Shown here piece by piece: positions 11,701-24,700 of a stretch of DNA of 64,000 nt (the stretch's first letter is position 1; every line of letters starts with the position of its first letter). The notes under the pieces were generated by a model. That model saw nothing but the letters and a program-made list of their open reading frames with translations, made no database searches and had not been told where the DNA came from. The position numbers were made by a program, and so were the translations under genes. Origin of the DNA: Eledone cirrhosa (lineage: Eukaryota); contig OZ024740.1 of the NCBI GenBank assembly GCA_964016885.1, positions 297,848,001-297,912,000 of the forward strand, in the 5' to 3' direction.

Positions 11701-12674
11701 ATATATATATATATAGTAGAGAATTTAAATCAATTTGTTGACATGGATGCCAACATAAGTTATCAATTTAGCTATCTATGGAACTGCTCTACAACAGCTA
11801 AGATCACGGGTGGCAAACCAAATATATTATAGATACATTCACATATACATAGCTATTTCAGAACACCAATACTAATACCTAATTTTTGCTGGACTGGCAA
11901 CTGCTCTGTTTAATCAGCTCTTCAACATTACTGGAACTAGCAGAAAAAAATCACCCTTCGGGTGGTTTTCTGTTAGCATGTGTAGTGTGCATATTGATAT
12001 TAGCCTCGCAATCACCCAAGATAACACTGCGAGTGTGCTGGCTTGCCTTAAAAATCATTAGAGAGGTTGCCCAGTACTCCTCGCTGCTGTCTTTTGCTCT
12101 GGTGGTGGCTTGGTTGTTCACCCCTTCCTTTACATTTTCTTTAATATTGCAACATTAAAGGAATATATCCTTCTGACAGAATCGCGAGCAATTTATAATG
12201 TTATCTAAGCATTTGTAATGTTATTTATGTATATATTTAAAACATATTTGTTATGTTATTCTACTGTAAATTTATTTATATACTTTGTATATATTATATG
12301 TGTTCATATTTTCACTCCCATTTGGAACGTTATTTAATAAAATAAAAATATATATGCATGTAGATATATATAAAATAAAATCGTAATTGACAATATACAC
12401 AGAAATTGAATGAAGGCTGCGTTACACTCTCATATGTAATCAGTAACATAATCCATGATACATTAAAAAAAGACGATATTATATATAAACTGCATTAGGA
12501 GATAATTAGTGACGGAAATATATGAATGTTTATTTAAGCGATCGCTAACCGGAAGTGTTGACATTTGAAAATTTTAAAGAAGTAAATCTTTAAATAAACA
12601 ATAAAATATATTTAATCAACAGCTATGAAATTTAGTAGATAAATTATGTAATATTCATTCATTATTTATTCAAT

Positions 12675-12867
12675 GGCGGTGAATTGGCAGTATCGGTAGA
12701 GGGTCGGATGCCATGCTTTGCAACGAAGAGTTACGGCCCTTTATGGTCTGAGTTCAAATCTCGCCGAGGTTAACTTTGCCTTTCATCCTTACGGGGTCAA
12801 TAAAATAAAGTTCCAGTAATACACTGGGATAATTGCTGGCCTTGTGCCTAAAGTAGAAACAATTATT
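12675..12867 (+). mobile_element. tRNA-derived SINE, full length
   Basis: ggcggtgaattggcagtatcgg..gagttcaaatc..agaaacaattatt. Confidence 0.9.
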
Positions 12868-12974
12868 TATTCAAAGTATATTTTATTAACTGGATTAAAA
12901 GAAATAAACCGTACGCAGTCCCACACTCCTTACTTTATTATAGTTTAGATTCTATAAGAATCCACCTTTTATAA

Positions 12975-13073
12975 TTCTCGGCAGAAGCAAAAGGGTGAGT
13001 AGTCTTGATAACCGCTAACGAGTGAGAAACAGGACTGTTGATTACCCCCCACCTCCTTTGTTTTTGCCAAGAA
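12975..13073 (+). ncRNA. Hammerhead-like motif, U3-A8 core, long stem I, intronic sense strand
   Basis: gtagtc/gattac stem I extended by ggcagaagcaaaaggg/cctttgtttttgcc; core UUGAUAA 13005-11; weak stem II; GAAA-caggactg-UU. Confidence 0.6.
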
Positions 13074-13387
13074 TAAGTAAGTCACGACTTTAAAATTCAT
13101 AGCAAATGGTTTTTAAAATGTTTTTAATTAAACATACAGTATACATACATTCATACTATACATACATTCATATATATATATCACTATTTCAGAGCACCAA
13201 TACTAATATATAAATATACACACACACATATATATATATATATATAGATATAGATATATATATACACCATACAAAATATGGAAAATACTTTAAATGTATG
13301 ATGTGCATATATTTGATGACATAATTGATTAAATAATAAATATTTATCTACCATTGAAATAGAGATGTGCCCTATTTTCCATTTCAG

Positions 13388-13529
13388 TTCTGATGTCGAT
13401 AAAGTCATGTACATCATCAGCAAACTTCAAGGAACACATGAGCCAATGCGCCTATGATGGTCACTACAAATTCAATAGACACAAAGTCAGACTTATGAAT
13501 GATTACATGATGAAAATGAAGGTTTGTAG
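13388..13529 (+). CDS. Exon C of the same gene (absent from ORF track)
   Basis: Acceptor ttttccatttcag|TT; LMSIKSCTSSANFKEHMSQCAYDGHYKFNRHKVRLMNDYMMKMKVC(R); donor AG|gtaagt; phase 1 in, 2 out, bridging exons B and D exactly. Confidence 0.85.
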
Positions 13530-13659
13530 GTAAGTTCATAAAATGCTCAAGAATTTTGTTTTCTTTTATTGGTTTCATAGAAATACATCTGGATAGAGAA
13601 GGTGATAAGGTAGTTAGTGTAAGTAACAGAATTATCAAGCTAGGAATAACTGTAGGAAA

Positions 13660-13865
13660 TAGAATGGTGACAACCTCAGCTATTGATGAAAGAGACTTCA
13701 TCATATTGGCAGGCAACTTCAGTTGACATGTTGAACAATATCAGGATGGATTCACTGGAGTCCACGGCAGCTATAGTTATGGCTCAAGAAACGAAGCGGG
13801 AATGAGGCTCCTGGAATCCCGTGGTGCAAACAAACTAACCATTTGCAACACAAATTTCCAGAAAC
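13660..13865 (+). mobile_element. RTE LINE APE-endonuclease fragment
   Basis: IILAGNFS*HV..GVHGSYSYGSRNEAGMRLLE..NKLTICNTNFQK. Confidence 0.75.
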
Positions 13866-13959
13866 TTTCAAGAGATCAAACCAAAGATTTCTGGAAATTT
13901 GTGCTGGTTTGATCTCTTGAAGATGGTTCACAGCATTATCCCAATAAGTTAAACGGTAA

Positions 13960-14175
13960 AAGAATATGTATCTCTCCGACAGGTTTGCGTTCATGCCCTT
14001 GACAGTGGAGACTTCTGGTGTCCTTGGCCCTAGGACTACCTCCCTACTCACCACCATAGGCACTAAGTTGACCAACCGCAGATGTGAGCCTTGCAAGATG
14101 GAATGGCTCTTCCAGCGCATCTCCCTTACCATCCTCCGGGGAAACACCTTCTCCATTCTGTCCGCCAGGACTGTG
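13960..14175 (+). mobile_element. CRE-clade non-LTR retrotransposon 3' end (restriction-like endonuclease C-terminus)
   Basis: FMPLTVETSGVLGPRTTSLLTTIG..EWLFQRISLTILRGNTFSIL matches the F.P..ET.G / QR.S....RGN motif. Confidence 0.8.
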
Positions 14176-14512
14176 GGGTGGCCAGCATGTGGGACCCATT
14201 TGCCCCATACAAGAGAGATGGGGAGGGCGAGAGAGATGGGGGCAATGACGGTGGGAGTTCGGCTCTTCCGTGTTCGGACACATTGCACTTGTCATGTGGA
14301 TGATGTGAGTTAACCATAAATATGAAATGCAATTACATTAAAGTTGAAATGTGGTGCCTTAGGGAAGCTACTAGTATTTAATTTGAGGTTAAATATACAT
14401 CAGTGTGAACAGTTTTCTGGGAGGCATATAATGGTTCAATTAACAGGACAGCCAACTCATGAGATTAATGCGTAAGTGGCTGAGCATTCCATAGACACGT
14501 ATATCCTTAACA

Positions 14513-15905
14513 TACAAGGGCTGGTTGATAAGTTCAAAGGCTGACCAAGACACTTTCATGGAATGTGACTAAAATGTACCCTTAATATACAAGGGCCAGC
14601 CAATAGTTCCTATGCTGACCAATGTACCCAAATGAGGTTTATTTTTTAACATATTCCCCATTGTGGTCCACACACTTCTTTCATTGGTATTTGCAGTGCT
14701 TGGATCACATTGGTGAACAAGCTTTAATCCTGTTAGTCAAAAAAGTCATTAACAATAGATATGACGTCATCATCACTGCGATACTGATTCCCAGCCAAAT
14801 GCTTTTTCATGTTGGTAGTTAGATGGGGCCAAATCAAGAGAATAGAGTGGGGTGGGGTCTGATCAGCCAGTTCAAAGCCACAGTCATGCACTGCAGCCAT
14901 TGAAACCAAGGACTTGTGTGTTGGAGCATTGTCCTGATGAAACAAGACCCCTTTCATCAGTTTTACTGGGTGTTTGGTCTTGATAGCCTTTCATAACTAC
15001 CTTGGCAAGTTGACATAGTACTCTCGTTTTGAAGATAGTCTATAAACACAATGCCTTTTGCCTCCAAAAATACTGAGGTCATCACCTTCCTTGCAGCTGA
15101 AATGACTTTAGCCTTCTTTGGAGCAGTGAGGAGGGGTGTTTCCACTGCATCAATTGGCTTTTTGTCTCTGGCTCAAAGTGATGAATCTAACACTCATCCT
15201 GGGTTAGGAAATGTTTAAGGAAATCAGCTGGATCTGCCTCAAACAATGTCAGATTTTCCCGTAATGTGATCAGTCTGGTGCACTTTTAATCAGGTGTCAG
15301 AAGATGTGGCAGCCACCAAGCAGAAAGCGTCATCATGCCAAGTTCATTGAGCAGAATATTCTCAACTCTCTCAGAAGATATGCTAATAATATTGGCTTTG
15401 ATTTATTGTCATTTGACTGTCATCCATCACCATGTGGTGAACATGATCAATATTTTCCTCAGCAGTGGCAATTGCAGGACGTCCAGACTTTGGCTCATCT
15501 TTAAGACTCTCCCTTCCCCTCCTGAATTCTGCTGCCCACCTTTGCGCTATTGATAAATCTGGAGTTTCTTTATCTAACCCATGCTAGTGTGGAAAATGAA
15601 TGTAAGATGATGATGATGCCATCCCTTAATATAGCAATCATATTAGCATGAATGTCTTTGTGGGCTAAACCCCTTTTTCTGCCGGTACCTGATAACACCA
15701 TGATGCCAAATTTTGGCCATTTTCAAGAGCAGTCACTACTACTAGATATTTGTGAAGTCTTCTTTGAATAGTCAGATGGGAGTCTACCTGGAAAGAAACA
15801 ATGCAGTTATTAAAAAATAGAGTTAAAATTAATGCATGCAAGATTTCACTGCTCTAGCATCACTCCTTCATAGTCAGCCTATGAACTTTTCAGCCCACCT
15901 TTGTA
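14513..15905 (-). mobile_element. Mariner transposon, degenerate, with duplicated left terminus
   Basis: TIR-like tacaagggctggttgataagttcaaaggctgacc / tagtcagcctatgaacttttcagcccacctttgta; KGVLFHQDNAPTH, KVMTSVFLEAKGIVFIDYL, MKKHLAGNQYRSDDDV. Confidence 0.88.
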
Positions 15906-16318
15906 ATTCTAAAGGTGATCCAGTAAAACACTGTGACAAGGATGGCCTTTTTTTGAATTACAGGTACAGGTCATCCGATGGGCTTCCAAACAGTTTCTGT
16001 CTACCCAATTTCATTCACAAGTCTATGGTAAATGACACTTGCCTAAGATAAGTGGGATTGAACCCATGACCTAAATGATTGCGAAACTAACTCTTTAACC
16101 ATTCAGCTATGTAGCATCCACACATTACAACATACACACATGTTCACACACAAACACGCATGCTCACACACACACAGACATAGATGCTCATGCACACACA
16201 CACTTCATATAATCTAAATGATACCTAGAGAGAGAAAAAGATAGAGAGACGTGGGGGAGTGAATGAAAGGAAGCACTCTGTTCTGTTTTCAAAATGGCTA
16301 CTTCTGTGATTATTCTAG

Positions 16319-16461
16319 GTACCTAGATGAATCATTAGAATGTGCTGAGGAAGTTGCACAGAAACTTTGTGGAAATGATGCCCAAAAATATTACCATGAA
16401 ATCGCCGTTAGGGCTATGGGACCAGCCAGGAGATTTTTAAGATGTCACCAGGCCAGAAATA
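16319..16461 (+). CDS. Exon D of the same gene
   Basis: Acceptor ttattctag|G; YLDESLECAEEVAQKLCGNDAQKYYHEIAVRAMGPARRFLRCHQARN; donor A|gtaagt; phase 2 in, 1 out. Confidence 0.85.
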
Positions 16462-16559
16462 GTAAGTACAGTCAATGATGGAATCTCTATGTGTATATGT
16501 ATGGACCTGTAACTTTTGTCTAACATATCCTTAAGATATTTTTTGGACACATTGGCTGC

Positions 16560-16685
16560 TCTCCGATAGGTTTTTCGTCAAGCCTGAGACAGTGGAGCCA
16601 TCTGGTGTTCTTGACCTCCGCCCCCAGTCCACATTACTACTCACTACTATTGGAGTGCAGTTGACTATCCGCAGGTACAAGTTCT
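16560..16685 (+). mobile_element. CRE 3' fragment (degenerate)
   Basis: ctccgataggttt..acagtggagccatctggtgttcttg..ctactcactactattgg aligns by eye with 13973-14090. Confidence 0.65.
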
Positions 16686-17199
16686 TTGAGGTGGAGTGGC
16701 TGTTCCAGTGCATCTCTCTCTTATTATTTTTGCTGTTACTTTCACCCACCTTTTGGTAAATTTATTGGAGGAGTGCACCTTCCTTCACAAGTGAAACTTG
16801 GTAAAGTCGATGAGAGCTTGACTGAAGAGGTATGTGACTGTCTTCAACACTTTCAGTCTTGTCCACCACACAGACTCTTCCACCATAGTCACTAGACATA
16901 AGAACACTGTTTGCCCTACTCTGTTAAAGGAAGGCAATAAAGTGATCTTCACAATGAACTTAACTGATAGCCGGATCCATCCTATATGCGGCAACAGTTT
17001 TTCAAATAATAATAATAGCGATGATGATGGTGATGATTTCTTTAGCAACAACAAAGGGTTTACAAAAAGCATATTTAAGATGGAAAAATATGATACAGGG
17101 TGGTCTTATAGTAATATGTAAAATAAAAAACAAAAATAACAGAAGTAACTATAAAATTAAAACAAAGAAAACCCCCCAATGAAGAGGGATGCTTCTAAA

Positions 17200-18290
17200 G
17201 ACCACAGGTGGAAAAAGCACTAAAAGCCATGATCTCCTTGACCACTAAGATAAGTGCCGTGTCCCAATTGTCCTCCAATTTACAAGTGCATATTTCAGAC
17301 CAGACCTGTTCCCTCAGACCATGCTCATCAACTGTCAACAAGTTTACTGGAAGGCAGCACTTTCCTCTCCACCCTCAATTTTCTTTTCAATGGAAACATG
17401 AAAAAGAAATCTGATGGCATAGCTTCCTCCCAGCCCATTTCTGGGTGAGACTAGTCACTCTGCTCATCACTCAGCTCATCACCTCATCACCTGAAGATCT
17501 GGACCAAACCAGACCCCAAACAATTTACCCAGTCTGTCATCTAGTTCCTAACAATGCTCTTGGATGGCATAGACCTGCCTCTCCAAATGCTGAGCTGCAG
17601 GCCCACTGACTTGTTAACTTTTGTTCCTGTCACTATCCCATACACCCTTATAGTGGTACTGATCATCTTAATGTACTTAGTGTCCAACACTACTACAGTG
17701 ATGTCATCTGCAGCTGCTTACATGGATCATCCACACCACAGTTCACATGAGATGCATCTCAACATCTCTAGTTTCTGCAGTAGTGGCTCTAGAGTCAATA
17801 TATACAGAAGAAATAACTGGCAACGTGATATCTAAGTGCTCTGATAAATTGCCATCTACTCTGACCACTGAGCAGATGTTGCTGTACATTGCAGAGATCC
17901 ATCCCTTGAACATGAAACCAAAACCAGCTGCCAAGTGTTTATGTTTGATCATAATGAAAGCTTTTGTTTAATCTAAATTGATCAGAACCCTACCCGTGAC
18001 AGGTTCCTTACCCATCCTCTCTATGATATATTGCATGAGGTGCATGTTGTCATGGATAGATCTGTTCAGAGTGATGTATGTCTGTGCCTCCCCAAACAAA
18101 GCATTGACAACAAACATAAAACTCTTTGCTAATACCTTGGCCAAAATCTTGAGCTATGTGTTAGCACTGAAAATTGTTGATGCAGTCACCCTTGTTTGAG
18201 TCCTATCTCAGCAGTACTGCAACTCCTTCGCTCACAGAACTAGGGGTCTCCCTTTTTACTGCCAGTTGTGATAGACATCTGCCAAGAGGT
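17200..18290 (-). mobile_element. Degenerate RTE LINE RT region
   Basis: rc includes WISAMYSNICSVVRVDGNLSE and QFGF/DLEKAF-like patches, many stops. Confidence 0.6.
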
Positions 18291-18679
18291 CACTGTTAAA
18301 TTCTGTTCCAAACACAGTTATTTACATTAACTAAATTCCTCTTAAATTTGATTATTTTCAAAATAATTTGAAAATTGTAAGTAATATTTTTCCTTAAAAT
18401 ATGGTAACAAAAGGTTGCCTTGGTCAGAGATGACCCAGGACTAAACAACAACTAGAACTTTCTACTAGATTTCTACTTCCTTAAAAATTTCAGAATTAAT
18501 GTTTTTTTTAATTTAACCATGGTCAGTCAATAGCTGTTTAAGTCATTATACAAGACCACCTGAAACAACCACCATGCTGGTTCTACGATACAAAATTGTT
18601 TTAAAATGTCCCCATACACTGATGCCAATTTTTTTTTTTCCATTCAGTGGGCTTATAAGCTCTGTTATTAATAAACTAT

Positions 18680-18880
18680 TAGTGGATTGGCAGTATCAGT
18701 AGAGCATCAAATACCATCCTTTGCAACATAGTTATGGCCCTTTATGTTCTGAGTTCAAATCTCGCCATGGTTAGCTTCGCCTTTCATCCTTACAGGGTCG
18801 ATTAAATAAAGCACCAGTAGTGCACTGGGGTTGATTTAATCGACTTTCCCTTCCTCAAAATTGCTGGCCTTGTGCCTATT
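18680..18880 (+). mobile_element. tRNA-derived SINE (long form)
   Basis: Family consensus with extra ggggttgatttaatcgactttccc segment. Confidence 0.88.
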
Positions 18881-18995
18881 AAATTATTTTTATTTAATTA
18901 TTTTTATTTAATCATTTTTATTTAATTATTTTTATTTAATCAAAGTTATGAAGTCTTCTAATTCAGTTCATTTGCTTTGCTTTGTATAATTTCAG

Positions 18996-19459
18996 CCACG
19001 TTAATCGGACTGGGCATCTCTATAGCACTGTTACTGGCTATTGTGGTTCTGGTGATAGGTCGGTGCCTTAGGAGACATCAAATGGTACAGGAGGCTAGCT
19101 CTGAGACCCTACTTATTCCTGGCCTATTGCATCAGCCAATGAGACGACAGCGAACAACTGCTGCAGCAACAACATCGACAGCATCAAATGCAGCAGCAAC
19201 AACGACAGCAGCAGCAGCAGCAGCGGCTGCAGTAGCTTCACCACCATACACACCACGTGCCCACTCATCAGCTGACCCGACAAATACAGCAATAAACATG
19301 CCTGACCAGCTTCCGAAGGACCTCCCACCCCAATATCCTGGCTATTTGCCATATCATCCCCCCCATTCCAACACGAATGATAAAGATGACTACACAACAC
19401 CGCCCCCTTCTTATGAGCAGGTCATGGCAGAGATGAGGAACCATTCCGAAGAGCAGTAA
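18996..19459 (+). CDS. Terminal coding exon E: TM helix plus Pro-rich cytoplasmic tail with PPxY motifs
   Basis: Acceptor aatttcag|CC; [21 protein letters not shown] then RCLRR (positive-inside); Ala/Thr run; LPPQY and PPPSY; TAA stop at 19457-19459. Confidence 0.88.
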
Positions 19460-19529
19460 TTGAGTTCTAACCTTTGTAAAGACCCAAAGAATTTTACATA
19501 TGCATATATACATATATCTAAATATAAAT

Positions 19530-19569
<40 letters not shown>

Positions 19570-20911
19570 GCATGTATGTATGTGTGTGTGTGTGTGTATG
19601 TATATATATATATATATGCATATATATGTGTGCATATATATATATATATATATATACACATACATACACAAACACTTCCATCAACACCCTGCTCCACCCA
19701 TTATCTACCCGTCCGCCCCACCTCCTTTTGTCTAATGAAGTCACCAAAACCAAAGTAATTAATTAAATAATATAATTAATTAGAGAATTTAGGGTGTTGT
19801 TTAAATGTGACAAAATAAACCAATTTGTCTGAAGGATCATCATCAGTCTCAAATGGGGTAGGCAATTGTGTAAGGAACTTACTGATACTTAAACCCACAT
19901 CTACACTTAGATGAACAGACAGACATGGGATGGGTGGGGTAACGAGAAAGTGTTGCTAAGACAGAGACGAGGAGGGTTGTTCAGAAAAAGTGTATGGCTG
20001 CAATAGTTGGTGAGTTATTCAGGTGAACGAAAATACTTTTTTTTGTTTGTTTGTACTTTTTATTGGAAAGGCAGACTGACATAAAGGATGGAAAATGGTA
20101 TCCAATCCTTTTAATGCCAACCTGTCCGAAACTGCCAACAATTTCGGGGAGGGGAAAATTTATTAAATCGACCCCAGTTCGTTACTGGTGTTTTATTTTA
20201 TCAACTCCTTAAGGATGAAATGCAAAGTTAACCTCTGCAGGATTTTAACTCGGAACGTTGCTCGTCGCTCTACTGATACTTCCAATCTACCTTAATAATG
20301 AAATAATTAATAATTCTAGGAAATCCCTCAAAATTTTTCATTAATTAATTTAAATACAATTAATTGTCATTAGAAGTATGGTATTGGAAAGGTTAAGACA
20401 TTGTCAGAGACACAATGAGGTTAGACAGATACTGACATGAAGGCACAAATAGAAAAAGTAGGAGTTTGTTGTTGATGATCTGTTTGGGGAGTCACAGACA
20501 TGCATCATCCCAAACAGATGCATCCATGGCAACATGCACCTCATGGGATGAAATAAAAGGTGGGGGGTTATTTATCAAACAACAAAACCACAACAAATGT
20601 ATAGGAAATATTTGTTTTTTTTTAATTTAAAAAAAGAAAGAACAATTGTATATATTTTCTTGTTAATTGAATGTTAATTGAATGTTAATTGGGTTAGTGA
20701 CTGTAGCATTCCTCCTCCTCGTCCCTGCCACGTGCCTACCTGGGAGTCATACAACCATACTAGAAGGAAGTGGAGATTATACAAGGTGAAGAGGAGAAGG
20801 AGTGTGGCAGGGCACGAGTTTCCTTGTTTGTATTCTGTGAAGAATTTAAAAAGAAAAAAATTACAAAGAATTGTTGAAATTTTGTAAAAAAAAAAAATAT
20901 ATATATATATA

Positions 20912-21770
20912 CGAGGTCAAAAAAGTTCCAGGACTGATGTCACAAAAGATTTATTTCAAACCCAAACTTCACACTAAGAGTTTTCTCCTTCAAAGTAATC
21001 CCTCTGGAGTCTAATGCACTTTTCCATCCTTTTCTGCCACGCTTGCATGCACTCCTGAAAGGATTCTTCCGGGATCCTCCGCAGTTCCGTCGTCACAGCC
21101 TTTTTGATGTCATCCACGTCTTCAAAACGGGTCCCCTCTGGGTCGTACTCGAAGGTCCATGACTCATCACCGGTGATGACTGTCCCTAGCAAGTCTGGTT
21201 CGGTTTCAAGACGCTTGAGGATGTCCTGGCACACTTGCATGCATCCACCCTTCTGGTCATCGTTCAGCAGTTTTGGCACCATCTTTGCGCAGACTTTCCG
21301 CATGTCCAAATCTTCAGTGATAATCTTCCAGGCGCTGTCCTAATTCATGCCCAGCTCATTTGCTATCAGTCGAACAGTCCTGGTTGTTGAGAGCCTTCCG
21401 CTCCTGGGGTCATCTTCCACACCCTCGCATCCTTCTTTAAACCTCTTGCACAACTCAAAACCACGTGAACATGATATCGTCTCATCTCCATACACTTGCT
21501 GCAGCAATCCCAGTGCTTCTGACGGAGTTTTCCCCAACCGTACCAGAAACTTCAAGTTTGTTCGTTGCTCTGTGCTCATTGATTGACGACCTGCAACAGA
21601 GGACATGTATATAAAATTATGAAGAAAAAAGTTTGATCGCTGCAGAGAGCTAAGATTACAATTATATACTCCAGAGGGATTACTCTGAAGGAGAAAACTC
21701 TTAGTGTGAAGTTTGGGTTTGAAATAAATCTTTTGTGACATCAGTTCTTGGATTTTTCTGACACACCTCA
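20912..21770 (-). mobile_element. Internally deleted mariner with ~100-bp extended TIRs
   Basis: TA flanks; arms ..gtcacaaaagatttatttcaaacccaaacttcacactaagagttttctccttc.. inverted at both ends; EQRTNLKFLVRLGK, KMVPKLL, VITGDESW fused directly to GTRFEDVDDIK..DYFEG. Confidence 0.93.
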
Positions 21771-22839
21771 TATAAATATATATATATGTATATAAAATGG
21801 AATAAAATAAAAAAAGATAAAGAAAGAAAATTAGACACAATGACTCACATTAGGTTAGAATCTGTGACATTCTGATAGGGCGTTATAAAATGGATGGATC
21901 ATGTCTCAAATGAGAAAACTGATTTATCTTTTGGTTTTAATTTTTCTTGTGATTTTGTTATTACCAAAAAAAGTTGTTTTTTTTTTAATGTATTTATTCA
22001 TAGTTGTTTCACAAAGATGAGATCATTAATTCGATACTTGGTGGTGTGTTGTGTCCTTAAGCAAGTCTCTCAGTTTCCTCTTACAATTATCTAACAAAAA
22101 TGAGTTGTACCTGTAATTCAAAAAGCCTGGCTTGACACACACTGTATCTTGCTGAATCTCCCTGAGAACTACGTTAAGGGTGTATATGTTTGTGGGATGC
22201 TCTGTTACTTGCACATTAATATCAGGAGCAGATTCTTATAACATGATGCTGTTCTTGATATCCTCATACTACTGCGCTACTAGTAACTCTGTTGACACTA
22301 TTTTGCTGTTACAGTAATGTTATGAAGCTATTGACAAAATGTCACAGTGACACAGTGAACTCATCTATATCTGAGATTTGTTATCTATCTATTATTAGTT
22401 AGATCCAAAGCAACTGTCTTTAACATAACTCTTAACATCCTGTACCACATGAAACCGCTTTAACAAGACACCCTTGAAGAGTACAAAACAGCACTATGAC
22501 TGCATCACGTTAAAAATTGAAGTCTTTAGTTTAATACTGCAAATGTTCACAATAAACTGTCCACTTGTAAAGATACTATTAATGATTTGAATTAATAAAC
22601 CTGTTTTTAGGCATTTTCTGCTAAATCATTACAGGATGTTAAGTGTATTTTTTTTTAAATGAAATAAAATCTCCAGTTTCCATTTCAAATTGTCCATGAC
22701 ATGTTTTGATTCTTAGTTGGAAATAATTTCATGATATTTTGCTATCTTTTATTAAGGTATGAATGTTACAACTTCCCTTTCCACCCACCATACCATTCTA
22801 AATTTTAGTCTGCTGGTCTGTGTAAAGAAAAAATTAAAA

Positions 22840-23520
22840 CTTGTTTATTTCTTCTACACTACAAACTAGGAGGTTGTAATGATTGGAGTATTTAATGCAG
22901 AAGTTAGTGATGTTCTTGATATGATACTTCCCAGTATCTATTGTAATATGTTTTACATTTGAGTTCAATTCCCTGCAGTAATTGACTTTGTCTTTCTTTC
23001 TTCTTGTTATTAATAAAATACAGGGTTGATCAATTCTTTGAGGATATTTGCATGAATTTAATAAAAGAAGAACTTTATTTGAGAAAAAATTGACATGAAT
23101 AATCTTGAAACTCTTCTTGATGTATCTACTCAGTGAATCTGTCCTTAGCATCGATGACTGCTTCGATACAAGGTCTGAAACGTTGACATTCCAGAATCAG
23201 ATGATCTTTATCTATTTTGGATATTGTGTTAGTTATGGCAGACTTCAGAGATTTTATAGTGTTATAGGAGTATTGATTAAATTTCCCCTTGACTACATGC
23301 TATATGTAGTAATCCAATGCATTTAGGTATGGAGAGCTAGGAGGCGATGTGCTTGGGGTGACATGATCATGGAGATTGTTACTCATCCATTCTTGGGTCA
23401 TCTTAGTCTTAGTTGATAGGTGTATAGTCTTCCTTTGCTCACTTTATCCAAGGCCTCACAAGCCTCTCCAATACCTCCTTATAGTCAACAACATTAATGC
23501 TGAAGCACTGAAAAAAAACA
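22840..23520 (-). mobile_element. Very degenerate retroelement remnants (Penelope-like and R4/Dong-like patches)
   Basis: Weak motif resemblance only; frames broken. Confidence 0.3.
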
Positions 23521-23589
23521 GTAAAGAGGCATTGCATGCCCCTCGCTGCTCACAATTCCCAGAACCATCACAGTTACCATAAACTTGTG

Positions 23590-24171
23590 TGCATGGAACA
23601 TCTTTGGGTCTCTGCATAACCATCTGTTATTCCTTCCTGATCAAAATTTATCTCATTACAGAAAAACCACTTTGCACATATCAGACAGTCATATTTTGTC
23701 TTTGCAGACATAAATTAGCCTTTCTGCATCACATATGATTTGTTTAGAAGGTCCTCATGCACAATTATTTTGATAGTGTGTCTTGAAACCTTGAATCCCG
23801 CAGCAATGGCGCTAATTAACTTTCTGGGGTTCTTATCGATAAGTTTTTACACCTTTCATACAAATTTGGGTGTTCTGATGGTATTAGGACCATTAGCAGG
23901 CATTTTACATTTGACTACTGCTATAGAATCCCATCAGCAGCTTCCAGTTCTTTGCAAACTTTGACAACAAATGACTGTGCAAATTTTAGGAAGCAAGCCA
24001 TCTCTAAATCACTATGCTCTGCCTTTAAGACAATGATTACAGCGTGCCTTTTAATTGTTGAGTTAGCTTGAAATCTGTCATTTATCTGAAAAGAAATGAT
24101 AATCTGAACAAGTTAAAAAAAAGTTAGAGCTATTTAAAAATCTGTCCTCAGAGAATTGAGCAACTCTATAT
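23590..24171 (-). mobile_element. Tc1-like DNA transposon remnant
   Basis: Terminal-like aaagttagagctatttaaaaatctgtcctcagagaattgagcaactctata; HTH-region-like rc peptides. Confidence 0.4.
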
Positions 24172-24254
24172 GCCAGGAAAGTGCTACAAGACACACGCTT
24201 ACAAATTTCTGTCTTTGTACTATTTTGTTTTTAAAAAACTTATTATGTAAACAG

Positions 24255-24700
24255 TGTTGGATGGCAGAATACCAAAGAAAATGCCTTCCAGTATTTAATT
24301 ATGACATTTTATTCTGATCCTCTGTGTTCTGGTTTCAAATCTTGCCAAAGTTTTTTTGTTTTTCATCTTTACAGGGTCAATAAAATAAAGAACCAGTAAA
24401 GCACTGGGGTTGATTTATTGACTTTCCCTCCCTCCAAAATGATTGGCCTTGTGCCCAAATCAGAAACCATTATTATTATTATTGTGGATTGGCAGTATCG
24501 GTAGAGCATCGGACACCATGTTTTGCAGCATAGAGTTAAGTCCTTTACAGTCTGAATTCACATCCCTCCAAGGTTAGTTTTGCCTTTCATTCTTATGGAG
24601 TCAATAAAATAAAGTATCAGTAATGCACTGGGTTCAATTTAATTGACTTTTCCCTCTCGCCAAATTGCTGGCCTTGTGCCTATAGTAGAAACAATTATTA
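24255..24700 (+). mobile_element. Two tandem tRNA-derived SINEs
   Basis: Family consensus; second starts near 24484 in the (att)n tail of the first. Confidence 0.85.
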
